Source of the DNA: an uncultured virus (IMG/VR IMGVR_UViG_3300011712_000002)
Lineage: Duplodnaviria; Heunggongvirae; Uroviricota; Caudoviricetes
Virus record (IMG/VR): IMGVR_UViG_3300011712_000002
DNA length: 64,000 nucleotides
Direction: 5' to 3' (one strand)
Shown here: positions 19,169-29,203 of the stretch, in pieces
Position numbering within the stretch: position 1 is the stretch's first letter
Layout: each line of letters opens with the position of its first letter
Program-made: the position numbers and the translations under genes
Notes under the pieces: generated by a model
Seen by the model: the letters and a program-made list of their open reading frames with translations, nothing else
Database searches by the model: none
Told to the model about the DNA's origin: nothing

Positions 19169-20037
19169 TGATAAACACCCTCAATCCCTCCCACCGGCAC
19201 TCGGCGTTCCTCAATTACTGTGGCTTTGAATATCTTTCTTTTGTTGCCACCAGGTCCATTCAGGTCGAGGTTGTCCTTATTTTTCTCAATGAAAACTAAC
19301 AACTGAATAGCTTCAGTTTTATTTCTACCAAAAAAACCCATCTCAACTCGGTAAGTTAACACCTTTTCTTTAATCAAAAGAACGAAATACAAAAAGGCTG
19401 GAATCAGACTAATAAGCTTAAGGTCAGGGAAGTAAAAATACGCACAACCTGCAGAAAGAGCGGTGCCAAAAATAGCTATATTTTTAGCCATAAATAACTC
19501 TTGCCTTTTTGAAACTAAAAATAATTGTGTGATGGTGTGGTTTTTAAGTTTGTCATCAACTTTGACTTCTTTTTCAGCAGTAGAACTTGATGGAGAAACG
19601 CCTGCCTTTATGAATTTGATTATTTCCTCATTGTCAACGACAATACCCTGTTTTCCATATTTGTGAACTAGAGATAACAATACATCCCTTCGCTCCTTAT
19701 TAATTTGCTTACCTACTGTCTCATCATGAATTATTTTACTTAATTCACGCTCGACCTTACTCATCAATATAACTTTATGCCCTTTCTTCACCTTTCGAGA
19801 AGTATAGAGAATATCGATATTCATATCCGCTTCTTCTTTCAAAGTTTCTGTCTTTTTTATTGATGACCTTTGGAAAATCGAAGCGAACAATGACCCAACT
19901 ATGTAACATAGCCCGAAAGCCAAAGGTGAATTTTGATATTTATCCGGGAAAAATAGCATCATAAGACCAACTATTACGACAGTTATAGCCAGTGCGGTTA
20001 AAACCTTTTTACTTTTAGACGATTTAGGTTTGCTCAT
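19165..20037 (-). CDS. AT-rich four-TM membrane protein (moron gene 1)
   Basis: Two TM pairs around a soluble domain; start placed at ATG 20037. Confidence 0.75.
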   Translation of the reverse strand: MSKPKSSKSKKVLTALAITVVIVGLMMLFFPDKYQNSPLAFGLCYIVGSLFASIFQRSSIKKTETLKEEADMNIDILYTSRKVKKGHKVILMSKVERELSKIIHDETVGKQINKERRDVLLSLVHKYGKQGIVVDNEEIIKFIKAGVSPSSSTAEKEVKVDDKLKNHTITQLFLVSKRQELFMAKNIAIFGTALSAGCAYFYFPDLKLISLIPAFLYFVLLIKEKVLTYRVEMGFFGRNKTEAIQLLVFIEKNKDNLDLNGPGGNKRKIFKATVIEERRVPVGGIEGVYQ

Positions 20038-20078
20038 AGTGTGTCCCAATAAAAACGGCAGTAATCTGCCGTTTTCCA

Positions 20079-20471
20079 TCAACTTTTGCCCATCAGCTTC
20101 CGCTTAATCTCTTCGGTGCGGAAAGAAACGTCACTTGCGTTAACCGCTTCGATGTTCAGCTTAATAGCCTCTTCGATTTCAGCGGGGCTTTTCTCCGATA
20201 GCTGGAAGATGGCCGCGCGGATCACGTCAGAACGCGTGAACTTGTCGAAGCGTGGAATGACGGCCAGCATATCAATCAGCTCAATGTACTCATCTTCCAT
20301 CGACATGGTGCGAGACTGAATCTTGCTTTTGCCACGCGTAGGCCGCCCCTGGGGCTTCACAGGGTTGCGAAGTGGCGCAGCTGGTGTCACTGGCTGACTT
20401 TCTTGCTGCTGCGCTTCTGGCGCTGCTGGTGGCGTTACACGCTTAGTCAAATCCCCCATACCCTTCGCCAT
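20079..20471 (-). CDS. Partition adaptor (ParG/ParB-type Ib, RHH-like)
   Basis: Flexible N-terminus plus RTMSM...TRSDVIRAAI; coupled to parA. Confidence 0.7.
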   Translation of the reverse strand: MAKGMGDLTKRVTPPAAPEAQQQESQPVTPAAPLRNPVKPQGRPTRGKSKIQSRTMSMEDEYIELIDMLAVIPRFDKFTRSDVIRAAIFQLSEKSPAEIEEAIKLNIEAVNASDVSFRTEEIKRKLMGKS

Positions 20472-21136
20472 TATTTACCCTCCAGGTTAAGCAGGTAATC
20501 CACCAGCTCGATAATTTCTGATTCAGCCTTAGTGTCGCGGTCAGAACCGGTCATTTCAAAGATGGTGCGGCCAGACTCTTCTGCATCGTCGTACACGTTA
20601 CGAGTGTAGAGGTTTACTGGTACCGGCTCGATACCAAATGACTCGATCACACCTTTTGCGTTAATGATGCGCTGAGCCTGGTTTGGCAGGGATGGACATT
20701 GGTTCATCACCCCAATGATTCGAACCTTGTGATTGGTATTCCGCACGTTATCCAGAACAGGGTCGAGATTACGCAGTGATTTAATGTCACGACGCTTCGG
20801 GCGGAACGGAAGAAGGATGATGTCGGCCATCTGCATAGCCTGACGCTGGATTTCGGAGTCGAAGCCGCCGGCGTCAATAACCACGAAGTCATGGCGCTGG
20901 CTGACCGCGTTGATGTGCTTTACAACGTCGTGATCCACAAACTCAAATGGAATAAGTGCCAGGTCTTCGTTTTCGCGGCGCTCTTCAGCCCAGCCTGCGG
21001 TCGTCATCTGCCCATCGATGTCGGTCAGGTGACATTTCTTCTGCTTTTTAAGAACCAGCGCACCGGCTACCTGCTGCGCAACCGTAGATTTTCCGGGGCC
21101 ACCTTTTGTGCCGCCAATCACAATGATCTTAGCCAT
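20471..21136 (-). CDS. parA: ParA/ParF partition ATPase
   Basis: KGGPGKST deviant Walker A, DIDGQ, VVIDAGG. Confidence 0.92.
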   Translation of the reverse strand: MAKIIVIGGTKGGPGKSTVAQQVAGALVLKKQKKCHLTDIDGQMTTAGWAEERRENEDLALIPFEFVDHDVVKHINAVSQRHDFVVIDAGGFDSEIQRQAMQMADIILLPFRPKRRDIKSLRNLDPVLDNVRNTNHKVRIIGVMNQCPSLPNQAQRIINAKGVIESFGIEPVPVNLYTRNVYDDAEESGRTIFEMTGSDRDTKAESEIIELVDYLLNLEGK

Positions 21137-21266
21137 TGTTGTTTCCTTGTTATGCGAAATAATAATTATGTGAAAACAAGTTGTTTTCTTATGTGCCTAT
21201 TAGCCTAATGCGGGGCGGCCACGGTGTAAAGGCCAGTTTGTAGGCAATGAGCTGAATTTTGGGAAT

Positions 21267-21292
21267 AAAAAACCCGCCGAAGCGGGTTTCTT
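21267..21292 (-). terminator. Intrinsic terminator
   Basis: AAACCCGCTTCGGCGGGTTTTTT on the minus strand. Confidence 0.7.
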
Positions 21293-22038
21293 TAAGCTGA
21301 AATGATCAACACTAGGTAATAACATTGTTGGATGTGCGGATTGAAGGGATATTGCTGCCACTTACCCAATGAGGAGGGGTTTAGTTTCCCGATGTCCCAA
21401 GGTATAAAGCCATTTACTCCTATGGCACCATCCCCTAACTCTTCGACATACTCCTGCTTAGCTGCGTTGTAAATATCAACTCGGCCCGCAACGTTGCGAA
21501 CTGTACTTGCCCACAGAGCTGCCCCATAAACGGTTTGAGTGTTATCACATATGAGATGTTTGTGAACTTCCGTCAGATGACGATAAATCTGACCAGCCAA
21601 ACCGGCGCCAGCTCGTTCGGGAGTAACATAAGCTCCTCGGATTTGCTTGCCATTTGCTGGGTTCCCGGTTGGGTCTATGAAAGAGAAGTTGTCATAAGCA
21701 AATCGAGCAATCACTTTAGACTTGCCCTCGTCCTCCATCTGCAAGGACATGATTTGAGCAACAATTTCGCGGTCTTTCAACCCGTCGTTGTCACGCAAGT
21801 CGTCGATGTGGCTGGCAATGAACTCAGGATCGGTGAAGGAAACTTCTTCTACTACCGCGATGTAATCGAAATCGGCGCTATCGTATGTTGTTTCTGTTAA
21901 GCGGAGAATTACGACGTCGTCAGGCAGAATGAAGCATGATGTGAGAGAAATAAAACTCCCGCCTGGAAAAGACGGGAGTTTGGAAAGATCTTTGGCGTAA
22001 TTATCGCCGATTAGAGAAGGTGCCATTCCTTTTTGCAA
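21292..22038 (-). CDS. GNAT-like acetyltransferase (moron)
   Basis: YVTPERAGAGLAGQIY acetyl-CoA-binding motif A and CDNTQTVYGAALW. Confidence 0.65.
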   Translation of the reverse strand: MQKGMAPSLIGDNYAKDLSKLPSFPGGSFISLTSCFILPDDVVILRLTETTYDSADFDYIAVVEEVSFTDPEFIASHIDDLRDNDGLKDREIVAQIMSLQMEDEGKSKVIARFAYDNFSFIDPTGNPANGKQIRGAYVTPERAGAGLAGQIYRHLTEVHKHLICDNTQTVYGAALWASTVRNVAGRVDIYNAAKQEYVEELGDGAIGVNGFIPWDIGKLNPSSLGKWQQYPFNPHIQQCYYLVLIISA

Positions 22039-22430
22039 TCCTGATTTTTAGCTTCACGGTGATTAACGTGAGCAGAAAAATGCTTCTCCATGAAATCTGC
22101 AACCGATGTTTCAATCATTCCAATAACATCGTCGTTTAAAGACAGGTTTGGATATTGCTTTTCAGGCTTCACGGTAAAGCGCAGGTTATCACCACGAATG
22201 GCGATCTCCGCAAATGGCTTAACAACAGTAGTGTCCAGCGCTCGCTTGAGGTCGCTTTTCAGGGTAACGATGAAGTGCTGCGAATCCTTCTGGGTACGGT
22301 TAAGCATCCTACGCACTTCAACAGTGTCAGGAAACATCGAACGAGTCTCAAAGCTCGCGATTACACTCGTATTATCACGAATGGTCTGAATCGAGCGCTG
22401 GTTCTTCGTTTTAGCTTGTGCGTGTAACAT
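22011..22430 (-). CDS. Hypothetical protein, partner of the GNAT gene
   Basis: 139-aa ORF with SD AGGTGG, overlapping the GNAT start. Confidence 0.7.
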   Translation of the reverse strand: MLHAQAKTKNQRSIQTIRDNTSVIASFETRSMFPDTVEVRRMLNRTQKDSQHFIVTLKSDLKRALDTTVVKPFAEIAIRGDNLRFTVKPEKQYPNLSLNDDVIGMIETSVADFMEKHFSAHVNHREAKNQDCKKEWHLL

Positions 22431-22651
22431 ATACCCACCTTAGCCGGGACACCCATGTGTCGCTTGGCAAATGCTCCACCCATGTGGAACCTATCAAGTC
22501 GGTTGACGACATCGTCAACTGTTCATTAAATCTACGCCATATATGGCTTTGTGGCAACCACAAAACTCAACCAAACGTTGAATAGTTCATTACAACCGGT
22601 AAGGAAAACCGGCGTCTCCAGATCCAGCGAGACGCCTTCAAAAGCACAACG

Positions 22652-22855
22652 CTACCGGGGCTTTTTCTCCCAATGGCACAACGTAGCGCCTTGAACGTTG
22701 TGGGAAAGGATCTCACGTTTTGTTTCCTGCGTTAGCTGATCGCTATGGCTAACGTAAATGGGGTTTGCTGCGTCGCAGAACAGCACCCCTTGGGCTGGTG
22801 GCTTAATCACGCATCCAATCAGCAGCAAGCTGAGCATCAACGGTAGCATCATCCG
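22652..22855 (-). CDS. o-spanin-like lipoprotein (Rz1-like)
   Basis: Lipobox LLIGC; overlaps the end of the upstream TM gene. Confidence 0.6.
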   Translation of the reverse strand, partial: RMMLPLMLSLLLIGCVIKPPAQGVLFCDAANPIYVSHSDQLTQETKREILSHNVQGATLCHWEKKPR

Positions 22856-23054
22856 AGCTTCGGACTGCATTGATAACGTCATTCTTCANNNNNNNNNNGT
22901 GTTGCAGGCGCTTGTTGTCTTCACGCTCTGCTTTGATTTCCATTGACCGGCGAGCAGCCCGGCCACCGAGGTAATAGGCGCCAGCAAGCACCATGATGAC
23001 GGCCGCAGCCGTCAACAGGTACTGCTTGGCCTTAATGTAAAGGCCAAGAAGCAT
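22803..23054 (-). CDS. i-spanin-like protein (N-gap inside)
   Basis: N-terminal TM plus short coiled coil, downstream of the endolysin. Confidence 0.6.
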   Translation of the reverse strand: MLLGLYIKAKQYLLTAAAVIMVLAGAYYLGGRAARRSMEIKAEREDNKRLQHXXXXKNDVINAVRSSDDATVDAQLAADWMRD

Positions 23055-23746
23055 TACGCGATCCCCTTCTGGTGTTTGCGAACCTGAGACCAGGCGATGA
23101 ATAGCGCAATTGCTACCGTGGCAACACCGAACACGATGCGGATGGTATCGCCACTGGAGATATTGTCCTGAGCCTTATCCATCGCATGAGTGATTTGCGG
23201 CGCTACGTCCACCAGCTGCGCGACACCAATACCGGCTGTAATCGTTGCGCCAGCAGATTCCTTAGTGACCGGAACCGCTTTAACGGCTTTGACCACTCGC
23301 ACCACTCCGGCACGACGCAGGCCCTCATCGATGGCTTCCACTGAGTACCAGCTGTTTGCCGTCTTCAATGGGCCATTACCATTCTCATGGCGAATAATTG
23401 CCTCCACCAGGGGGCGCAAAGTGCTGTAGTCGTGAAGATCCACAATCATCTCGGGAGAGACGCCGACTGCCTTGGCCACCGCATTGATGTAAGCCTCAGT
23501 GTCGTTTTCATGTGGCGGCGCCCAGCGCTCAATCACTTCACGAACAGTGTCGATCGGTGAGCCATCCCGAGCTTTACGCTTGTCGTGGTAGGTAATGAGC
23601 GTTACTGCCAGAGCACGGATGCCCCAGGTAGCGTCCTTAAAGGTGCAGAAACGCGGTTCTGCAGGGTTGTCCACCAGACCTTGCCACGGCGCACCGCGGT
23701 CGAGATTACCTGGGTTGTTGTTTCTGATACCTCTTGGAGTAGCCAT
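23054..23746 (-). CDS. Endolysin-like muramidase with C-terminal hydrophobic helices
   Basis: RGIRNNNPGNL, RWAPPHENDT, AIIRHENG motifs. Confidence 0.75.
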   Translation of the reverse strand: MATPRGIRNNNPGNLDRGAPWQGLVDNPAEPRFCTFKDATWGIRALAVTLITYHDKRKARDGSPIDTVREVIERWAPPHENDTEAYINAVAKAVGVSPEMIVDLHDYSTLRPLVEAIIRHENGNGPLKTANSWYSVEAIDEGLRRAGVVRVVKAVKAVPVTKESAGATITAGIGVAQLVDVAPQITHAMDKAQDNISSGDTIRIVFGVATVAIALFIAWSQVRKHQKGIA

Positions 23747-23760
23747 CCTTAGCTTTCCTC

Positions 23761-24099
23761 TTAGTTGCCGAAACCGTTTTTAACACCATACGCCGCCAGC
23801 CCCAGAAGAAGAGCAGCGGTTAGAATAGATGTGATTTTGGAGATGATGCCGCCGAAGAATCCACTTGAGATGCTGTCTAGCCGCGTCAGCAGCTTTTCCA
23901 GATTTGAGTGCTGGATGCTGTGCTGGGCGGCAGTCATATCACCAAAATAGGCTCCTAGCTGTGCTTTCACTTCTGCGCCGATGTCATCACGGAGATCCTT
24001 TCGCAAGTTCCCCATGACCTCTCTGGCGACAATTTGGGCAATGCGCTCCACCTGGTCTGGCGTCACGCCTCCCATCTCATTTGACATTTTTTCCTCCAT
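23761..24099 (-). CDS. Holin-like membrane protein
   Basis: C-terminal TM segment; first gene of the lysis cluster. Confidence 0.5.
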   Translation of the reverse strand: MEEKMSNEMGGVTPDQVERIAQIVAREVMGNLRKDLRDDIGAEVKAQLGAYFGDMTAAQHSIQHSNLEKLLTRLDSISSGFFGGIISKITSILTAALLLGLAAYGVKNGFGN

Positions 24100-24170
24100 G
24101 AAAAGTCAAATCTCGATAGGCGCAAATAGTAGCAAAATGCAACAAGAAAGTAAGTAGCTACCAACCAAAG

Positions 24171-24194
24171 AAAAAGCGCCAGTAGGCGCTTTTT
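24171..24194. terminator. Bidirectional intrinsic terminator
   Basis: AAAAAGCGCC-agta-GGCGCTTTTT. Confidence 0.7.
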
Positions 24195-24198
24195 GGGA

Positions 24199-24486
24199 TT
24201 ATTTTGAAAGGGGGTCGCATTGGATTTCTTTAAACACTCTGTCCGAGACCCAATTAGCCTCGAAACTCACATCGAGGTCTGGCTCTGGGTGAACATATCG
24301 AGTGCCGTTTTGACTGACGCTGATAGCGTCAATCTTTATCCACTTATAACGGGTAAAGCCTGTAAAGTTCGAACCGTACTTACCGTAGCAGCTTACCTTG
24401 TGTCTCTCGAATTTTTGCAGATCTGCGCACCCTACCACGTTTAAAACCAGAGCGGCGACAAGGAGCTTTGAGCCTAGTTTAATCAT
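24199..24486 (-). CDS. Cor/Llp-like superinfection-exclusion lipoprotein 2
   Basis: Lipobox VVGC, Cys pair, W near the C-terminus. Confidence 0.6.
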   Translation of the reverse strand: MIKLGSKLLVAALVLNVVGCADLQKFERHKVSCYGKYGSNFTGFTRYKWIKIDAISVSQNGTRYVHPEPDLDVSFEANWVSDRVFKEIQCDPLSK

Positions 24487-24773
24487 ACCGCACCTGCCTT
24501 TTTGCACTGGTAATCAGCGAACAACTCTTCTCGCTGCCAGCGGCCATAGAAGTGCAGGACTAAATCACTTCTTACGTGAACGTAACGATGCCCAACGTGA
24601 TTAACACGACGTTCGTCAACCTTCACCCAGTGCTCACCACCCGGCCAGGTTCCAGAGATGTATTTCGCAACACAATCAACTTTCTCACTTTTTGAGTCGG
24701 GAAGTCCGGCGCAGCCAGTAGTAGTTAGCGAGGCAAGAGCCAATGCAAGGAAGGATAAGTTTAAACATTTCAT
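24483..24773 (-). CDS. Cor/Llp-like superinfection-exclusion lipoprotein 1
   Basis: Lipobox TTGC; paralogous to the neighbouring gene. Confidence 0.6.
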   Translation of the reverse strand: MKCLNLSFLALALASLTTTGCAGLPDSKSEKVDCVAKYISGTWPGGEHWVKVDERRVNHVGHRYVHVRSDLVLHFYGRWQREELFADYQCKKAGAV

Positions 24774-24853
24774 TATATTGCACCCATTCGGTTTGAATGG
24801 GTGCATTATCCATTACTTGATACAGATTAGTAGTCAAATACCTACTGCCACCG

Positions 24854-25339
24854 TTAAAAAGTCACATCGACCGTTTGGCCTACTCTTGTCTGCAAAGCAG
24901 TGTAGGCCGCATTATTACTTGAAATCGCATAGGCACTTAATGATGAGTTATAGGGCAACGTAAATGCCGCCCCGTTAATTTTAATGACGACCGAGCCTGA
25001 CATTGCGCCGCTTAGCTGGAATAAAAGGCCACCAAATTGTGTGCTCGAATAGAGGGCAATGATTTCGCGGCCATTGTAGTTTCCGGTGATACCACCAAAA
25101 CCTTGCGCTTTGTGATAGCCAAACTCTACAATCGGGAAGGGCTGAGGCCCACGAACGCCAGGTGGCAAAATTCCCACCTGCTTTTGCACCACTGTCAACT
25201 TTACCCCTTTACTCTTGCCTGCCAATGTACTCATCCAAAAAGGAACCCCGACATTGATTGCCGGCCCTGCGGCCGACATCCAACGCTGAGCGGTTTCCCC
25301 AACTGCACTTGAGCCAATCCACCCAGATCCTACTGTCAT
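24854..25339 (-). CDS. T2 gp38-like tail-fibre adhesin
   Basis: GWIGSSAVGETAQRWMSAA...PFWMSTLAGKS N-terminal attachment motif. Confidence 0.8.
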   Translation of the reverse strand: MTVGSGWIGSSAVGETAQRWMSAAGPAINVGVPFWMSTLAGKSKGVKLTVVQKQVGILPPGVRGPQPFPIVEFGYHKAQGFGGITGNYNGREIIALYSSTQFGGLLFQLSGAMSGSVVIKINGAAFTLPYNSSLSAYAISSNNAAYTALQTRVGQTVDVTF

Positions 25340-28300
25340 TATCTGGCCTCCTTAAGCTCTTTAACTTCGGCGCGCAGCTCTTTCACCGCCTCAACCAACA
25401 TGCCGATGACACCGTTGTAGTTCAAGCGAAGGCGCTCTTCCTGAGTGGCATGATCGATGTCTGATGTTACCAACTCTGGCTGTACTTCCTGCACCTGCTG
25501 AGCAACGAGACCAGCGGATTGATCATACCCATCCATGTTCTGAATTTCGTAAAGCACACCGTCGATTTTCTCCAGCTTGTCCAGTGCGCTATCAATTTTC
25601 TTAATGTTGCGCTTGTTGCGGCGGTCAGAACGGATGTACACATCGTTAAAGTTACCATTGCCACTGCAAGTCCAGGTGCCATCACTACCCAGATACGCAT
25701 ACGCATCAGTACCATTGTCAGTACGCGATTTGTTGATCATGTAGATGCCGAACTGAGAGTTGCCCAAGCCACCCAAAACGTAATGGCGATCGGCGTGCTC
25801 CTGACGAACGACTGCTGCGGCAGAGCTGGTGCCTACAGCGCCATTACCTTGCAAAGCAGTGCCGGTTCGCATACTGATCCATGAACCACTGGCCGTCGGG
25901 ACATTGATAACGTTACCCGACACAATCCCGCCGTTAGCAGTTAAAGAGCCGCCAACGCCAACGTTATGACCCATTGTTACGTTGCCGGTAATATTGCTCC
26001 AGTAAATTGGACGCAGTCCGTTCCAGCCTCCATTTTGGTCCCCGGATGCAGTCAGCAGGAAGTAGCTTGAACCTCCATCATTGCGAAAGAATGAACCGAA
26101 GGCCCCGTATTTAATACGGAAGCCATTAGCTGAAGTGGTTACGACCTCTCCACTCACCTGACCGCCCGATGAAGACAAAGCGCCTACTTCTGCCGCTGTA
26201 GGTTTGCTACCTGCATGGTAAATCTTCTGATTTGAGTACATCAGATCGCCGGTATCTTTAAGCTGAAGATACTTGCCTGACTTTGTATTTTGCAAGAAAA
26301 CATCGGCAGATCCTGAACCTACTACCGCATTCGATTCGCCACTGCCATTGATAGTCAAACTTCCGGCTGCGCGAATGTTTCTGTTGGTGTACAACTCACT
26401 GGCGTTAAGCTGCAAGGTGGTGTTCTGGATGTAGTTGTGAATCGTAACAACATCATCCGTGCCGCCATTACCAACGTACCAACGTGCAACGNNNNNNNNN
26501 NTTTTCGTCACGTCCCATGAGGTAAACTGCTTGAGACGCCGCCAGCCTTCTCAGTACAAGAGCGGCGCCATTTGCTGCAACGGTCACTTGGCCGGCTACA
26601 GTGCCTCCAGTATTAGGCAACGCCTTCACGTCACCAGCGCTGATCGCAATGTCAGATGTGCCATCAAAAGCCTTGCCTGCAATCTTACGAGACGTGACTA
26701 ATTTGCTGGCGCTTGCCGCATTTGCGCTGATACCCAAAAAACGAGTGTCGAAGTTGGAATAATCACCTGGCAAAACTCTTGCCGGTGTTGAGAACTCACC
26801 ATTAGGTCGGAAGGTGAAGTTTTTAGTTGTGCCTGCTTGATCAGTAATGCTCAGCTCAAACACCATCGTACCAACCAGCCAACCGAGAGACGCTACATAG
26901 CTCTTATCTCCAACGGTCACTTTCTGCTTCACCAGTGGGTGATACTCGCTTGCCCCACTCGAAGAAAACTCATTGAAGAAAGGGGCTTTGGTTTTCCACT
27001 GATCCCGATAGGTTAATGACTCAGCATAATCAGCTGTTACACCACCAATGCTCAATCGACCCTGTTCGTCAATCTGAACTAGATTGCTGTTCCATGTTGC
27101 GCCATTGTCACGATTATCGACATCTAAGCGCAAACAGTTGCCATCACCACGCCAGCGGAAACCAGCGTTTGATGCGCTACGATCAATAAAGGACAGCGTG
27201 GGCGCATAGCTGTTAATCGTGATACCTTGAGAGCCATCATTTGCAGAGCCATTCACAACTAGTGCTGCTTTGGTCAGGTCAGCCACCGCGCCAGCTCCCG
27301 GCGCGTTCACGATAGCCCCTTTTGAGGCGCTAAGTGCTCCCGTTACAGACAGGTCTGAAGCGAGCCTAACATCGCCCGTCACGCTCAAACCGTTCCCCAT
27401 AGTTACTCTTCCGTTTGTAAGAGCGATAGAAAGAGGGCGGAAAGCGTTATAGGTTCCATAATTGTCTTTCAGGTCGGTCAGCATCATGTACCAGTTGGCA
27501 CCATCAATGCGCTGGAATAAGCCGTAGTTACTGCCAACCATACGGTAAGAGTTAGCGGCTGTAGTTTGCATTTCTCCGGTATTCTTAATAGTGCCGGCAA
27601 CGGCAACACCGCCAGTGAAGGATGGAGCGTCACTTGGAGCCAACCCTAAGCCGACCAATACTGCTTTTGTTAAAGCTGATTTAGTCCATAAGTTATCTGC
27701 ATTGAGGCTCTTGGCCGATGCCGCAGCAGATGAGGCACTGGCGGCAGCATTGTTTTCAGAAGTTTTAGCAGCTGACGCTGATTTGCCTGCATTCGAGTTT
27801 GAACTCGCTGCGGCATTCTCAGACGCTTTGGCATTTGTCTCTGATTTTTTTGCGTTAGCTTCGGAGGTCGAGGCATTCGATTCCGAGGTGGCAGCATTAG
27901 ATGCAGAGGTTGCCGCAGCTGCTTTGGAGCTGGCTGAGCTTGTTTCTGACGATTTAGCGTTGGTAGCAGAGGTGGCCGCAGCCGACTTTGAGCTGGCGGC
28001 GTTGGTTTCAGATGCCTTAGCCGCAGTCGCACTTGATGCAGCGTTTTTTTCCGAGGTGCTGGCGTTAGCCTCTGAAGCCGCCGCTGCGGATTTAGAACCA
28101 GCTGCGGCATTCTCAGAAGTCTTAGCGTTTACTTCGGACTTCTTCGCGTTGTTCTCGGATGTTTTAGCGTTAGTTGCGGAGGTGGCAGCACTCGTTGCCG
28201 ACGTCGCCGCCGAACCTTTTGAGCTGGCTGCGTTTGTGGCGGGTGCTGCCGCGGTTTTCTCTGAAGTTTGAGGCTTTGCAGCCTTTCCAGCAGAGGAAGT

Positions 28301-29029
28301 TGCAGAGTCTTGGGAGGCTTTTGCGCTAGTTTCTGAGGTGGCTGCAGCGATTGCCGAACCACTTGCGGCAGTTTCGGATGTCTTGGCGTTAACTTCAGAT
28401 GCTTTGGCGTTTTTCTCTGACGCTGCTGCTTTGGTTGCGGAAGCCGCCGCTGCCGCTTTGGAGGATGCAGCCGCACTCACTGATCCCGCTGAGTTTGTCT
28501 CTGATGTCTTTGCCGCCTTCTGGGATGCCAATGCTGCTGACGCACTTGAAGCAGCAGCTGCTGCGTTAGCGGCGGCCTTCAGAATCGAATCCTTGTTTGC
28601 GGAAAACCAAGCCATTGCCCCTTCGTGCTCAGATATGATCTGACGCAAAGCCTTCAGCGTGATCAGAGTTCCATCCTCAGCTAACAGCTGGGCATCCTGC
28701 CCCGAAGTAAGCCAAGAGCGAATAACGCCTGAATCAATATTCATGCGTTGCAACTGAGCCGCAAATCGCGCTGAAAATTGACTGATGTCCCCTTGATAGG
28801 TGGTGATGATACGGCATGGCGTGTCATTCACGTTTTTGCCATCGTAAGGTTCTACGAGCGTAAGCGATGTATCTGACTCAACCGACTTGATTTCGTATGG
28901 CTCGCCTTTTTCACCAAGCAAAATCATGCCCGGCAGAACGCCATTTTCAGCCTTTGACCAACTGGTGCCAACACCGGTAACAATGTTAGAACCATTGATC
29001 AAGGTCTTAGTACCTTCCCTGTACCACAT
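25339..29029 (-). CDS. Long tail fibre with C-terminal S74 intramolecular chaperone (N-gap 26492-26501)
   Basis: MWYREG start, Stf-like Ala/Ser repeats, FNDVYIRSDRRNK...LNYNG S74 domain. Confidence 0.88.
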
Positions 29030-29203
29030 ATTTTCTCCTTAACGCGTCAGCATTCCTTCGGCGGTTACACTACGCCCCTGCGCATTTACATAAAGTAGGT
29101 GAATGGTTACTTATTTTTGCGTTAGTAGCAACACAAAAGACTATGATTTTCATAGCTTTTAATTGATGGTGAATATTGCCCCGATATATTCGGGGCAAAA
29201 TTA

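Noticed and set aside
27591..28643. Long plus-strand Ala-rich ORFs
   Set aside because: Antisense shadows of the Ala/Ser-rich tail-fibre repeats
24854..29029. Invertible tail-fibre shufflon or diversity-generating retroelement
   Set aside because: No invertase, reverse transcriptase, inverted crossover sites or template/variable repeat pair seen
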